Source: an uncultured Coriobacteriaceae bacterium (lineage in GTDB: Bacteria > Actinomycetota > Coriobacteriia > Coriobacteriales > UMGS124). From it: a stretch of DNA of 64,000 nt. Positions 46,946 to 56,475 of the stretch are shown one piece after another. The stretch is taken from NCBI GenBank assembly GCA_964619775.1, contig CAZUFB010000001.1, positions 13,847-77,846 on the forward strand, read 5' to 3'. Numbering within the stretch: the first letter of the stretch is position 1; the number at the start of each line of letters is the position of its first letter. The notes under the pieces are model-generated. The model made no database searches, was not told the DNA's origin, and worked only from the letters and a program-made list of their open reading frames with translations. The position numbers and the translations under genes are program-made.

Positions 46946-48493
46946 ATGCCGAACAACGAGAAGAAGGGGTCCCGCAGCGCCGCCGCCGCGTGGGCCGAAA
47001 CGACGAGCGGCGGCCGCAGGACGCGCGGCAAGGACGCCAAGCAGCCGAAGCGCCGCAGACAGAGGAAGGGCAGGAGGTACCTGCCGGCGGAGGTGCGCCG
47101 CTACCGGGGCACGCTGGTGGTGCTGCTGGTCATCTTGGCGGTGTGCGCCGTCGGCTTCTGGCCGCTCGACCAGAAGATCACCCAGGGCCTCGACATCCAG
47201 GGCGGCGTCTCGGTGACGATGACGGCGAGCAAGTCCGACGGCAGCGCCGTGACGCAGGACGACCTCGCCTCGGCGGTGGCCGTCGTCACGAGCCGCGTCA
47301 ACGCCCTGGGCGCCAGCGAGGCGACGGTCCAGAGCCAGGGGTCCGACCAGATCCTCATCCAGATCCCCGGCGCCACCGACGCCCAGCAGGTCATCGACAC
47401 GGTGGGCGCCACGGGCACTCTCGAGTTCGTCGACCTCAACGACATCGCCGACCAGGACGCCCGTGCGCGCATCCTCAACGGCGAGACGGGGGTCGAGCTC
47501 GAGGCGGGCACCTACACTGCGTTCATGACCGGCGAGCAGATCGAGAGCGTCACTATCAGCCAGCAGTCGCAAAGCAGCGCCTACTACGCGGTGAACCTGC
47601 ACCTCAACAGCGAAGGCACTGCCGCTTTCGCCGAGGTCACGAGCGTTCTTGCCCCCACCAACGGACAGATAGCCATCGTGCTCGACGGCGTGGTGCAGTC
47701 GGCCCCCTCCGTGCAGTCGGCCATCACCGACGGCGAGGTCTCCATCACGGGCTACTACACGCTCGAGGACGCCCAGTCGCTGCGCACGGTGCTCGAGTCG
47801 GGCGCGCTGCCCGTGACGCTCGAGTACTCCGAGTCGAGCTACGTCGGCCCCACGCTGGGCCAGGACTCGCTCTTCCAGGGTTTGGTCGCGGTCGTGGTGG
47901 GTTTTGCGGTCATCCTCGCGTACCTGCTGTTCTTCTACCGCGGCCTTGGTCTCATCACGGCCGGCGCGCTTGTGGTGTTCGGCATCGTCTACCTGGGTCT
48001 GTGCGCCCTGCTGTCATCGGCGGGGCTGTTCGCGCTGTCGCTGCCGGGGTTGGCGGGCGTCGTGCTCACCATCGGCATGGCGGCCGACTCGTCCATCCTG
48101 GTGCTCGAGCGCTTCCGCGAGGAGCTGCGCAGCGGCACGGGCGTGGCGCAGGCTTCGGTCAGCGGCTCCAAGCACGGCATCGGCACCGCGATCGACGCGG
48201 GCGTCGTCTCGCTCATCTCGGCCGTCGGCCTGTTCGCGATCTCCACCGGCTCGGTGCGCGGCTTTGCCCTGACGCTGGGCATGGGCGTGCTGTGCTCGTT
48301 CTTCACGCTGCTGTGCTTCACTTCGCCGGCGCTGCGCCTGCTCGGCCGGAAGGCCATCGACGCGCACCCCGGATTCTGGGGCGTACGCGGGGACATCGAG
48401 GAGGGCCGCCGGGGCACGCGCCCCGGCGCGGGCAAGGACGCGGCGTTGCCTTCGGCCGCGCCGGCCGTGAAGGGGGGTGGTCTCGATGCGTAG
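46946..48493 (+). CDS. secD: Protein translocase subunit SecD
   Basis: Basic N-terminal tail, then a TM helix, LDIQGGVSVT, ATGTLEF and the C-terminal 6-TM block with DSSILVLERFREE. Confidence 0.9.
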   Translation: MPNNEKKGSRSAAAAWAETTSGGRRTRGKDAKQPKRRRQRKGRRYLPAEVRRYRGTLVVLLVILAVCAVGFWPLDQKITQGLDIQGGVSVTMTASKSDGSAVTQDDLASAVAVVTSRVNALGASEATVQSQGSDQILIQIPGATDAQQVIDTVGATGTLEFVDLNDIADQDARARILNGETGVELEAGTYTAFMTGEQIESVTISQQSQSSAYYAVNLHLNSEGTAAFAEVTSVLAPTNGQIAIVLDGVVQSAPSVQSAITDGEVSITGYYTLEDAQSLRTVLESGALPVTLEYSESSYVGPTLGQDSLFQGLVAVVVGFAVILAYLLFFYRGLGLITAGALVVFGIVYLGLCALLSSAGLFALSLPGLAGVVLTIGMAADSSILVLERFREELRSGTGVAQASVSGSKHGIGTAIDAGVVSLISAVGLFAISTGSVRGFALTLGMGVLCSFFTLLCFTSPALRLLGRKAIDAHPGFWGVRGDIEEGRRGTRPGAGKDAALPSAAPAVKGGGLDA

Positions 48494-49553
48494 CCACTTC
48501 CGCCGCGAGATCCAGTTCGTGAAGCACCGCAACGTCCTGTTCGCCATCTCGGCCGTGCTTGTCGTGGCCGCCCTCGCAGGCCTGCTCGTGCGCGGCCTCA
48601 ACTTCGGCATCGACTTCCTCGGCGGCACGCAGATCACTTTCAACGACACCGGCGAAATCTCGATCTCCGAGATGCGCGAGGCCTTCTCCGACGCCGGCGT
48701 GAGCGACGCCGTCATCCAGACAACGACGACCAACGACGTGGCCGGTTTCATGGTGCGCACCTCCGAGACCGACCCGTCGCAGGCCAACGTCGTGGCCGGT
48801 GAGGTGGCCTCCGCGCTTGGCCTGGCCGACGACTCCTACAGTGTGCGCACCATCGGCCCCAACTGGGGAAGCAACGTGACCCGCTCGATGGCCGTCGCGT
48901 TCGTCGTGGTCATCGCGCTCATCGTGCTGTTCGTCTCCATCCGCTACGAGTTCAAGATGGCGCTCATGGGCGTGCTGTCGCTCGTGCAGGTGCTCGTCAT
49001 CGTCGCGGGCATCTACGCCTGGACGCAGTTCGAGGTCACCCCCAACGTCGTCGCGGCGCTGCTCACCATCATGGGCTACTGCCTCTACGACACCGTGGTG
49101 GTGTTCAACCGCGTCAACGAGAACATCCGCACGCTCAAAGACGGCGTGCACCGCACCGCGCTGCAGATTACCAACTGGTCGGAGAACCAGGTCATCGTGC
49201 GCTCCATCAACACGGCGCTCACGAGCGTGGTCCCGGTTTTGGCGATGCTCGTCTTCGGCGGGGAGACGCTCAAGAGCTTCGCGTTTGCAATGGTCGTGGG
49301 CCTGGTGCTGGGCGCCTACTCGTCCATCGCCTTGGCTGCCCCGGCCTATGCGCTGTGGAAGGGCCGCGAGCCGCAATGGCGCGACGCCGAGGCCAAATAC
49401 GGCGAGAAGGCCGCCCTCAAGGCGGCGGCCGAGTCCTCCGCGCACGCCGCCCCGGCCAAAGGGGCTCCGACCTCCGGCCAGTCCGACGCGTCCGGCCAGC
49501 AGGGGCAGCGCGGGCAGAAGCCCAAGTCCAAGAAGAAGAACAGGGTCGTGTAA
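48486..49553 (+). CDS. secF: Protein translocase subunit SecF
   Basis: FGIDFLGGTQI, IRYEFKMA and YDTVVVFNRVNEN. ATG 48486 overlaps the secD end; GTG 48477 is an alternative start. Confidence 0.9.
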   Translation: MRSHFRREIQFVKHRNVLFAISAVLVVAALAGLLVRGLNFGIDFLGGTQITFNDTGEISISEMREAFSDAGVSDAVIQTTTTNDVAGFMVRTSETDPSQANVVAGEVASALGLADDSYSVRTIGPNWGSNVTRSMAVAFVVVIALIVLFVSIRYEFKMALMGVLSLVQVLVIVAGIYAWTQFEVTPNVVAALLTIMGYCLYDTVVVFNRVNENIRTLKDGVHRTALQITNWSENQVIVRSINTALTSVVPVLAMLVFGGETLKSFAFAMVVGLVLGAYSSIALAAPAYALWKGREPQWRDAEAKYGEKAALKAAAESSAHAAPAKGAPTSGQSDASGQQGQRGQKPKSKKKNRVV

Positions 49554-52500
49554 TGGCGTCTCTTTCGCGCAGCAAGCGCTGGGAACTCATACCCTACGAC
49601 CCGCAGGCGGCCGAGTGCATCGAGGCCGCCTGCGGGGTGACCCCGCTCGTGGCCCGCATCATGGCGGGCCGCGGCATATCCGAGGCGGAGGAGGCGCGGA
49701 CCTTCCTCACGCCGTCGCTCGACCGCGACTGGGAGGACCCGCTGCTCATCCCCGGGCTTTCCGAGGTGGTCGACCGCCTTGAGCGCGCCGTCTCCTCCGG
49801 CGAGGACGTGGCCGTCTTCGGCGACTTCGACGTCGACGGCATCAGCGCCACCTGCCTGCTCACGAGCGCCCTGCGCGAGCTGGGGGCCTCGGTCACCCCG
49901 TTCATCCCGCGGCGTTTCGACGAGGGCTACGGCCTGTCGGCTGCGGCGGTCGAACGCCTGCTCGAGCTGGTGCGCCCCGGCCTCATCGTGACGGTCGACA
50001 CGGGCATCGCCGCCGCCGAGGAGGTCGCCGCGCTGCTCGAGGCCGGCATCGACGTCGCCGTCACCGACCACCACGAGCCGGGCGACCTGGTGCCGCGGGG
50101 TGTGCCGGTATGCGACCCCAAGCTCGACCCGGCGTGCCCCTCGCGCGAGCTGGCCGGCGTGGGCGTCGCCCTCAAGGTGGTCTGCGTGCTCGGCGCGCGC
50201 CTCGGCCGGCCAGACCTGTGGCGCACCTACACCGACATCGCCACGCTGGGCACCGTGAGCGACATGATGCTGCTCTCCGGCGAGAACCGCTCTCTGGTGG
50301 CGGAGGGCATCCAGCGCATGCGCTCCGTGCAGCGCCGCGGCCTTGCGGCGCTTGCCGCGCAGGCGCGCCGCTCGCTCGACGCGATGACGGCCGACGACCT
50401 GGCCTTCTCGCTCATCCCGCGCCTCAACGCCGCCGGCCGCATGGACGACCCGGCCGTCGCCCTCGATCTGCTCATGGCCGACGACCCCGTCCGGGCCGAG
50501 GCCTTGGCCGAGCGGCTCGAGGCCATCAATCGGGAGCGGCGCTCCATCGAGGCGGAGCTGGCCGAGGAGGCCACCGCGATGGTCGAGGCCACCTACGACG
50601 GCGGCCGCGTGGTCGTCGTGGGGGGCGAGGGCTGGCACGAGGGCGTCAAGGGCATCGTCGCAAGCCGCCTGGTCGCGCGCTACCACGTGCCGGTGCTCAT
50701 CTTCACCATCAGCGACGGCATCGCGCGCGGATCGGGCCGGTCGGTGGGCCAGGTCAACCTGTTCCACGCCGTCGAGCAGTGCGCCGACCTGCTCGTGCGT
50801 TTCGGAGGGCACGCCGGCGCCGTGGGCGTCACGCTCGAGGCGGGCAACCTCGACGCCTTCCGCGATCGCATGCAGGAGGTCCTTGGGGCCCTGCCGCAAG
50901 ACGACTTCGAGGACCGCAGCCCCGTCTCCGCCCAGGTGGGCCTGTCCGAGATGACGGCGGAGACCGTCGGGTCGCTCGCGGTGATGCAGCCGTTCGGCCA
51001 AGGCAACGAGGTCCCCCTGCTCGCCGCCACCGGGGTGACGATGGGGGAGCGCCGCCGCCGCGGCGAGGACGGCCGCCACTTCTCGTTCGTCGCGAGCGAC
51101 GCGTCGGGCAGCGTGCCGTGCATCATGTTCAACGCCCATGACGTCGAGGAGCTCGCCGAATACGACGGCGCGGTCGACATCGTGTTCGAGCCCAAAGTGG
51201 AGGTCTGGCAGGGCCGCATCAGCTGCAAGCTTCACGTCAAGGACGTGCTGCGCCGCGACGACCCCGAACCTTCCGGTGTCTCCACCGCCACCGTCGCGCT
51301 GGTGGACGACCTGTTCGAGCGCGCCGAGGAGTTCCTCAACGAAAGCGAGCTCGCGGGGCTGGCCAACGCCCGCCAGTTCCACACCAAGGTCGTCGGCGTC
51401 ACCTTCGAAGGGCGCCAGGGTGTCGCGCGCGGGCTTACGGCCGGGCAGCGCCTGCTTGTGGTGCGCGAGCCCGACAACCCCCACGACCCGTTTGCCGTGG
51501 CCGTGCACACCGAGGACGGCCGGGCCGTGGGCTACCTCAAACGCCTCGTGGCCGCCGCGATCGCGCCGCAGATAGACCGCGGGGCAGGCTACGAGGCCAC
51601 CGTGCAGAACGTGTCCGGCGGCCAGGACGAGACGCGTCCCCTGGGCGTCAACATCCTCGTGCGCGTGCGCGAGGGCGCCGCCTCGACCGACGAGCTCTCC
51701 GTCGTGCGCGAGCGCTCGGGGGAGCGCGCCCGTCTGGGGGCCCTCGACACCGAGAGCCTCACCGAGGAGTTGCGCCGCCTGCTCATCGGCGAGCACGACC
51801 TGCTGCCCGCGCAGGCCCGTGCGCTTGCCAACCTCGATGCCGGCGTCAGCACGCTGTGCGTCATGGCCACGGGACGCGGCAAGTCGCTCATCTTCCACGT
51901 ACACGCCGCCCGCTGCGCGCTCATGAGCAACCGCGCGAGCGTGTTCGTGTACCCGCTGCGCGCCCTGGTGTCCGACCAGGCGTTCCATCTGGGCCAGGTC
52001 TTCGACCGGCTCGGCATGGTCACCCGCGTGCTTACCGGCGAGACGCGTCTGGAGGAGCGCGACGCGGTGTTCGACGGACTGGCGGCTGGCGAGGTCGACA
52101 TCGTGCTCACCACCCCCGAGTTCCTTGCCATACACTCGCGCTCGTTCGCCCGCTCGGGCCGCGTGGGTTTCGTCGTCGTCGACGAGGCGCACCACGCCGG
52201 CCAAGCCAAGGGCGGCGCGCGGCCCGCCTACCTCGACATGCCGCGCGTGCTTGACGAGCTGGGCCGCCCAACGACGCTTGCCGTGACCGCAACCGCAAGC
52301 GCCCCGGTCGCCTCCGAGATCCGCCGGCTGCTCGGCATCGGCGAGGAGGGCCTCGTGCTCGACCCGTCGCACCGTCCCAACCTGCACGTCCTCGACGAGC
52401 GCGGCGGCATGGGGCGCGACGACCGCCTTGTGAGCCTGCTGGCCTCCGGCGCCAAGACGCTCGTCTACGTCAACTCGCGCGAGCAGACCGTCGCCCTAGC

Positions 52501-53227
52501 CCGGACCCTGCGCCGACGGGTGTGGGAGCGGGGACGGCGCGTCGCGTTCTACAACGGCGGCCTGTCGCGTTCGGACCGCGCTGCGGTGGAGGAGGCGTTC
52601 CGCGGCGGCGAGCTTACCCTCGTGGTCTCCACGAGCGCCTTCGGCGAGGGCGTCAACCTGCCCGACGTGCGCCACGTCGTGCTCTACCACCTGCCCTTCG
52701 GCGAGGTCGAGTTCAACCAGATGAGCGGCCGGGCGGGGCGCGACGGCGGCGACGCGTGGATCCATCTGGCCTACGGCGGTTACGACGCGCGCATCAACGA
52801 GCGCATCCTGGCAAGCGACGCGCCCTCGCGCGACGACCTCGTGACGCTCTACCGCGCGCTCACCCAGCGCGACCGCGCCGCGCGGCGCGACGGTGCGGAC
52901 GGCTTCTCGGCCACCAACGCCGAGCTGGCCGAGGACTGCCTGGCCACAGCCGCGGGTTGCGCGCTTAACGACAAGGGCGTCTCGTGCGGCATCGCCATCT
53001 TCCGCGAGCTGGGCTTTGTCACCACGACCGGCTACGGCGCCGCACGGCGCATCTCGATGGTGCCCTCGCCCGAGCGGATGGACCTCACGCGTTCGATCCG
53101 CTACCTCGAAGGGTTGCGCGCCGTCGACGAGTTCGAGAGCTACCGCACATGGGCGCTCGAGTCCGCCGCGTCAGACATCGAGGCCCGGGTGAGCCGTCCC
53201 ATCGTCCCTGGGCAAGAGCAAGGATAG
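49553..53227 (+). CDS. recJ: RecJ exonuclease - HIRAN - RecQ-type helicase fusion protein
   Basis: One 1224-aa frame. ATG 49553 overlaps the secF stop (TAATG). RecJ part: DFDVDG, VTVDTG, VTDHH, GGHAGAVG (DHHA1) and an OB-like tail. HIRAN (about 51377-51670): VVGVTFEGRQG...VVREPDNPHDPFAVAV...GRAVGYL. Helicase (about 51800-52750): MATGRGKS, VYPLRALVSDQ, VVDEAHH...RPAY, VTATA, TSAFGEGVNLPDVR and QMSGRAGRDG. Confidence 0.8.
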   Translation: MASLSRSKRWELIPYDPQAAECIEAACGVTPLVARIMAGRGISEAEEARTFLTPSLDRDWEDPLLIPGLSEVVDRLERAVSSGEDVAVFGDFDVDGISATCLLTSALRELGASVTPFIPRRFDEGYGLSAAAVERLLELVRPGLIVTVDTGIAAAEEVAALLEAGIDVAVTDHHEPGDLVPRGVPVCDPKLDPACPSRELAGVGVALKVVCVLGARLGRPDLWRTYTDIATLGTVSDMMLLSGENRSLVAEGIQRMRSVQRRGLAALAAQARRSLDAMTADDLAFSLIPRLNAAGRMDDPAVALDLLMADDPVRAEALAERLEAINRERRSIEAELAEEATAMVEATYDGGRVVVVGGEGWHEGVKGIVASRLVARYHVPVLIFTISDGIARGSGRSVGQVNLFHAVEQCADLLVRFGGHAGAVGVTLEAGNLDAFRDRMQEVLGALPQDDFEDRSPVSAQVGLSEMTAETVGSLAVMQPFGQGNEVPLLAATGVTMGERRRRGEDGRHFSFVASDASGSVPCIMFNAHDVEELAEYDGAVDIVFEPKVEVWQGRISCKLHVKDVLRRDDPEPSGVSTATVALVDDLFERAEEFLNESELAGLANARQFHTKVVGVTFEGRQGVARGLTAGQRLLVVREPDNPHDPFAVAVHTEDGRAVGYLKRLVAAAIAPQIDRGAGYEATVQNVSGGQDETRPLGVNILVRVREGAASTDELSVVRERSGERARLGALDTESLTEELRRLLIGEHDLLPAQARALANLDAGVSTLCVMATGRGKSLIFHVHAARCALMSNRASVFVYPLRALVSDQAFHLGQVFDRLGMVTRVLTGETRLEERDAVFDGLAAGEVDIVLTTPEFLAIHSRSFARSGRVGFVVVDEAHHAGQAKGGARPAYLDMPRVLDELGRPTTLAVTATASAPVASEIRRLLGIGEEGLVLDPSHRPNLHVLDERGGMGRDDRLVSLLASGAKTLVYVNSREQTVALARTLRRRVWERGRRVAFYNGGLSRSDRAAVEEAFRGGELTLVVSTSAFGEGVNLPDVRHVVLYHLPFGEVEFNQMSGRAGRDGGDAWIHLAYGGYDARINERILASDAPSRDDLVTLYRALTQRDRAARRDGADGFSATNAELAEDCLATAAGCALNDKGVSCGIAIFRELGFVTTTGYGAARRISMVPSPERMDLTRSIRYLEGLRAVDEFESYRTWALESAASDIEARVSRPIVPGQEQG

Positions 53228-53236
53228 GAGGAAACC

Positions 53237-55606
53237 ATGGCCGAGGAGACCAGGGTGCTCGCGCACACCCAGCCCGACGATGCCCTTGAGGTCCCGGTGG
53301 AGGAAGGCCAGGACAACTTCGCCCTGCTTGTCGAGGTTGCCCGGACGTATCTACCCCCCGAGGACCTCGCTCGCATCGACAAGGCCTACCGCTGCGCCCT
53401 GTCGCACCACCGAGGTCAGAAGCGCAAGAGCGGCGAGCCCTACATCAACCATCCCGTCGAGGTTGCCATCATCCTTGCCCAGAACCTGCACTCGGACGCC
53501 GACACGCTGTGCGCCGGCCTGCTGCACGACACCGTGGAGGACACCGACGCCACGCTCGACGACATCGAGGAGCTCTTCGGCAAGCAGGTGGCCGACCTGG
53601 TGGACGGCGTTACCAAGCTCACCAACATCTCGGTCGACTCGCTCTCGGAGCGCCAGGCGCTCAACCTGCGCAAGATGTTCCTCGCGATGGCCAAGGACAT
53701 CCGCGTCATCATCATCAAGCTCGCCGACCGCCTGCACAACATGCGCACCCTCATGGCCATCCCCGAGGACCGGCGCATCTTCAAGGCCCACGAGACGATG
53801 GAGATCTACGCGCCCCTGGCCAACCGCCTCGGCATCAGCTCCATCAAATGGGAGCTCGAGGACCTGTCGTTCTTCTACCTCGAACCTGACAAGTACCGCA
53901 AGATCGCCCGCATGGTGGCCGAGTCGCGCGAGGAGCGCGAGCGCTACCTCGACGAGGTCATCAGCGTGCTGCGCGGCGAGCTCGACCGCGCCAACATCAA
54001 GGGCTACCGCATCGCGGGGCGTCCCAAGCACCTGTACTCCATTTACATGAAGATGAAGAACAAGGGCAAGGACTTCAGCGACATCTACGACCTCATCGCG
54101 CTGCGCGTCATCACCGAGGACGTGCGCGACTGCTACGGCGTGCTCGGCGCGGTGCACTCCCTGTGGACGCCCATGCCCGGACGCTTCAAGGACTACATCG
54201 CGATGCCCAAGTTCAACATGTACCAGTCGCTGCACACCACGGTCATCGGCCCGGCGGGCCGCCCGCTCGAGATCCAGATCCGCACCGAGGAGATGCACCA
54301 GCACGCCGAGTACGGCATCGCGGCCCACTGGCTTTACAAGCAGGCCGGAAACTCCGAAGGCAACAAGGCCTCCGAGGCCCAGCGCCTCGACAACCAGCTC
54401 GCCTGGCTGGGCCGCACGCTCGACTGGACGCAGCAGGACGACCTGTCCGACCCCCAGGAGTTCCTCGAGGCCCTCAAGATCGACCTGTTCGACAGCGAGG
54501 TCTTCGTGTTCACCCCCAAGGGGGACGTGCAGATCCTGCGCGCCGGCTCCACGCCGCTCGACTTCGCCTACGCCGTGCACACCGAGGTGGGGAACCACTG
54601 CGTCGGCGCCAAGGTCAACGGCACCGTTGTGCCGCTCTCCTACGAGCTGCAGACGGGCGACCGCGTCGAGATCCTCACGCAGAACAACGCCCACCCGAGT
54701 CGCGACTGGCTCAACATGGTGCGCACTCCCAGCGCCCGCTCCAAGATTCGCAGCTACCTGAGCAAGATAACCAAGGCGGACGACTCGGCGCAGGGTCGCG
54801 AGGCGCTGGCGCGCGAGATGCGCAAGGTCGGCGTGGGCATCTCGACCCCGCGCACCGTGCGGGCTCTGGGCAAGCTCGCCCCCGACCTGGGCTTTGCCTC
54901 GGTCGACGACCTCTACGTGGCCATCACCTCCGGCAAGTCGTCGGCACGCATGGTGGCCGGCAAGGTGAAGGCCCTGCTCGACAACGCCACCGACTCTCAG
55001 GCCGAGGCCGAGAAACGCGCCTTCGCAAGCCTCACCACGCGCGCCGCGCCCCCGCCGCGCCTCTCGCGCGCCACGCAGACCGCCGCCGAGCGCCGCAAAC
55101 GCGCCCTGAGCAAAAGCGGCGTCGTGGTGGAGGGTGGAGACTCCGACATGCTCGTGCGCCTTGCGCACTGCTGCAACCCCGTGGTGGGCGACGACATCGT
55201 GGGATTTGTCACGCGCGGCCGCGGCGTGAGCGTGCACCGCGCCGACTGCCCCAATGTCGCCGAGCTGCGTCGCAGCGAGGGCCGCATGATCGGCGTTCGC
55301 TGGGACACCGACCAGGCCCCGCTCTTTCAGGTCGAGATCGCCGTCGAGGCGGTCGACCGCACGGGCCTGCTCGTCGACGTCTCGGGCGCCATCAGCAACT
55401 CGGGCTGCAACATCGTGTCGTCGGGCACGCGTATCGACCGCAGCGGCATCGCCACGCTGCGCTTCCTCGTCGAGCTGGGCGAGGTGAGCCGGCTCGACTC
55501 CCTGCTGCACCTTATCCGACGCATCGACGGCGTCCTCGACGCGCGCCGCGCCTTGCCCAACGAGGGGACCAAGGCCAAGGGCAGGCGGCGTGGCGATGAC
55601 CGCTAG
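53237..55606 (+). CDS. rel: Bifunctional (p)ppGpp synthetase/hydrolase RelA/SpoT homolog
   Basis: HD domain (HRGQKRKSGEPYINHPVEVA, LHDTVEDT), synthetase domain (GRPKHLYSIYMKM, ALRVI, YQSLHTTV, EIQIRT), and TGS and ACT regions. AGGAGG RBS. Confidence 0.9.
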   Translation: MAEETRVLAHTQPDDALEVPVEEGQDNFALLVEVARTYLPPEDLARIDKAYRCALSHHRGQKRKSGEPYINHPVEVAIILAQNLHSDADTLCAGLLHDTVEDTDATLDDIEELFGKQVADLVDGVTKLTNISVDSLSERQALNLRKMFLAMAKDIRVIIIKLADRLHNMRTLMAIPEDRRIFKAHETMEIYAPLANRLGISSIKWELEDLSFFYLEPDKYRKIARMVAESREERERYLDEVISVLRGELDRANIKGYRIAGRPKHLYSIYMKMKNKGKDFSDIYDLIALRVITEDVRDCYGVLGAVHSLWTPMPGRFKDYIAMPKFNMYQSLHTTVIGPAGRPLEIQIRTEEMHQHAEYGIAAHWLYKQAGNSEGNKASEAQRLDNQLAWLGRTLDWTQQDDLSDPQEFLEALKIDLFDSEVFVFTPKGDVQILRAGSTPLDFAYAVHTEVGNHCVGAKVNGTVVPLSYELQTGDRVEILTQNNAHPSRDWLNMVRTPSARSKIRSYLSKITKADDSAQGREALAREMRKVGVGISTPRTVRALGKLAPDLGFASVDDLYVAITSGKSSARMVAGKVKALLDNATDSQAEAEKRAFASLTTRAAPPPRLSRATQTAAERRKRALSKSGVVVEGGDSDMLVRLAHCCNPVVGDDIVGFVTRGRGVSVHRADCPNVAELRRSEGRMIGVRWDTDQAPLFQVEIAVEAVDRTGLLVDVSGAISNSGCNIVSSGTRIDRSGIATLRFLVELGEVSRLDSLLHLIRRIDGVLDARRALPNEGTKAKGRRRGDDR

Positions 55607-56267
55607 CAGCGTTCCGGGCGCGGCCATGCCCGCCGCAGGCGCCGTGCGCCGCCTGGCGGTGGGTCCGCTGCAGACCAACTGCTACCTGGTGGACGACGGG
55701 CTCGGAGGGGCGGTCGTGGTGGACCCCGGCTTCGACGCCCCGGCCGTGCGCGCGTCTCTCGCCGGTCGCCCGGTGTCGCTCGTGCTCGTGACGCATGCGC
55801 ACTTCGACCATGTGGGTGCCCTCGACGAGGTCGCCTCGCTGTCGGCGGGCGGCTGGGTCGCCGGCGCGCCCGACGTGCGGGCTCTCGAGGCGCCGCGCGC
55901 GCCGGGCGCGCGCGACTTCGGTTTTGACGTGCGGGTCGCGAGCCGCCCTGCCCGGGCCCTTTCCGACGGCGATCTCGTGGAGGCGGGGGAGCTGTGCTTT
56001 CGCGTCGTCGCATGTCCGGGCCACACCCCGGGCGGCGTGTCCTACGTGGAGGAGGCGTGCGGTCTGGCCTTTACGGGCGACACGCTGTTCGCCGGCTCGG
56101 CGGGGCGCACCGACATGGCGGGCGGCGACGCGGGGGCGCTGCTGCGCTCCCTGGCGCGCTTGGCCGCCCTGCCGCCCGCCACACGCGTGCTGCCCGGGCA
56201 CGGGCCCGAGAGCACGATTGGCGATGAGCTGCGGGGCAACCCTTTCGTGCGGCGGGCGATGCGGTGA
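55596..56267 (+). CDS. MBL-fold metallo-hydrolase (glyoxalase-II-like)
   Basis: VTHAHFDHVGA, CPGHTPGG and LPGHG. It overlaps the rel 3' end by 11 nt; GTG 55590 is an alternative start. Confidence 0.8.
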   Translation: MTASSVPGAAMPAAGAVRRLAVGPLQTNCYLVDDGLGGAVVVDPGFDAPAVRASLAGRPVSLVLVTHAHFDHVGALDEVASLSAGGWVAGAPDVRALEAPRAPGARDFGFDVRVASRPARALSDGDLVEAGELCFRVVACPGHTPGGVSYVEEACGLAFTGDTLFAGSAGRTDMAGGDAGALLRSLARLAALPPATRVLPGHGPESTIGDELRGNPFVRRAMR

Positions 56268-56475
56268 GCGGGACGGTTCCGTAGACCGCCCCGACGCGGA
56301 CGTCCCGGCACCGCCCACCTGCACGGGCGTCCCGCCCGCCGGACGGTGCGTTTCCACCCGTTGAACAATGCCGCGCCATCGCGCGCCTCCGCCGTGTGCG
56401 AGTGCTAGGCTTGCCCGAAGGGTTGCCGTGCAGCCCTTCGGCCTTTCGCACTCGATCAGCGTTTAGGGGGCATAG

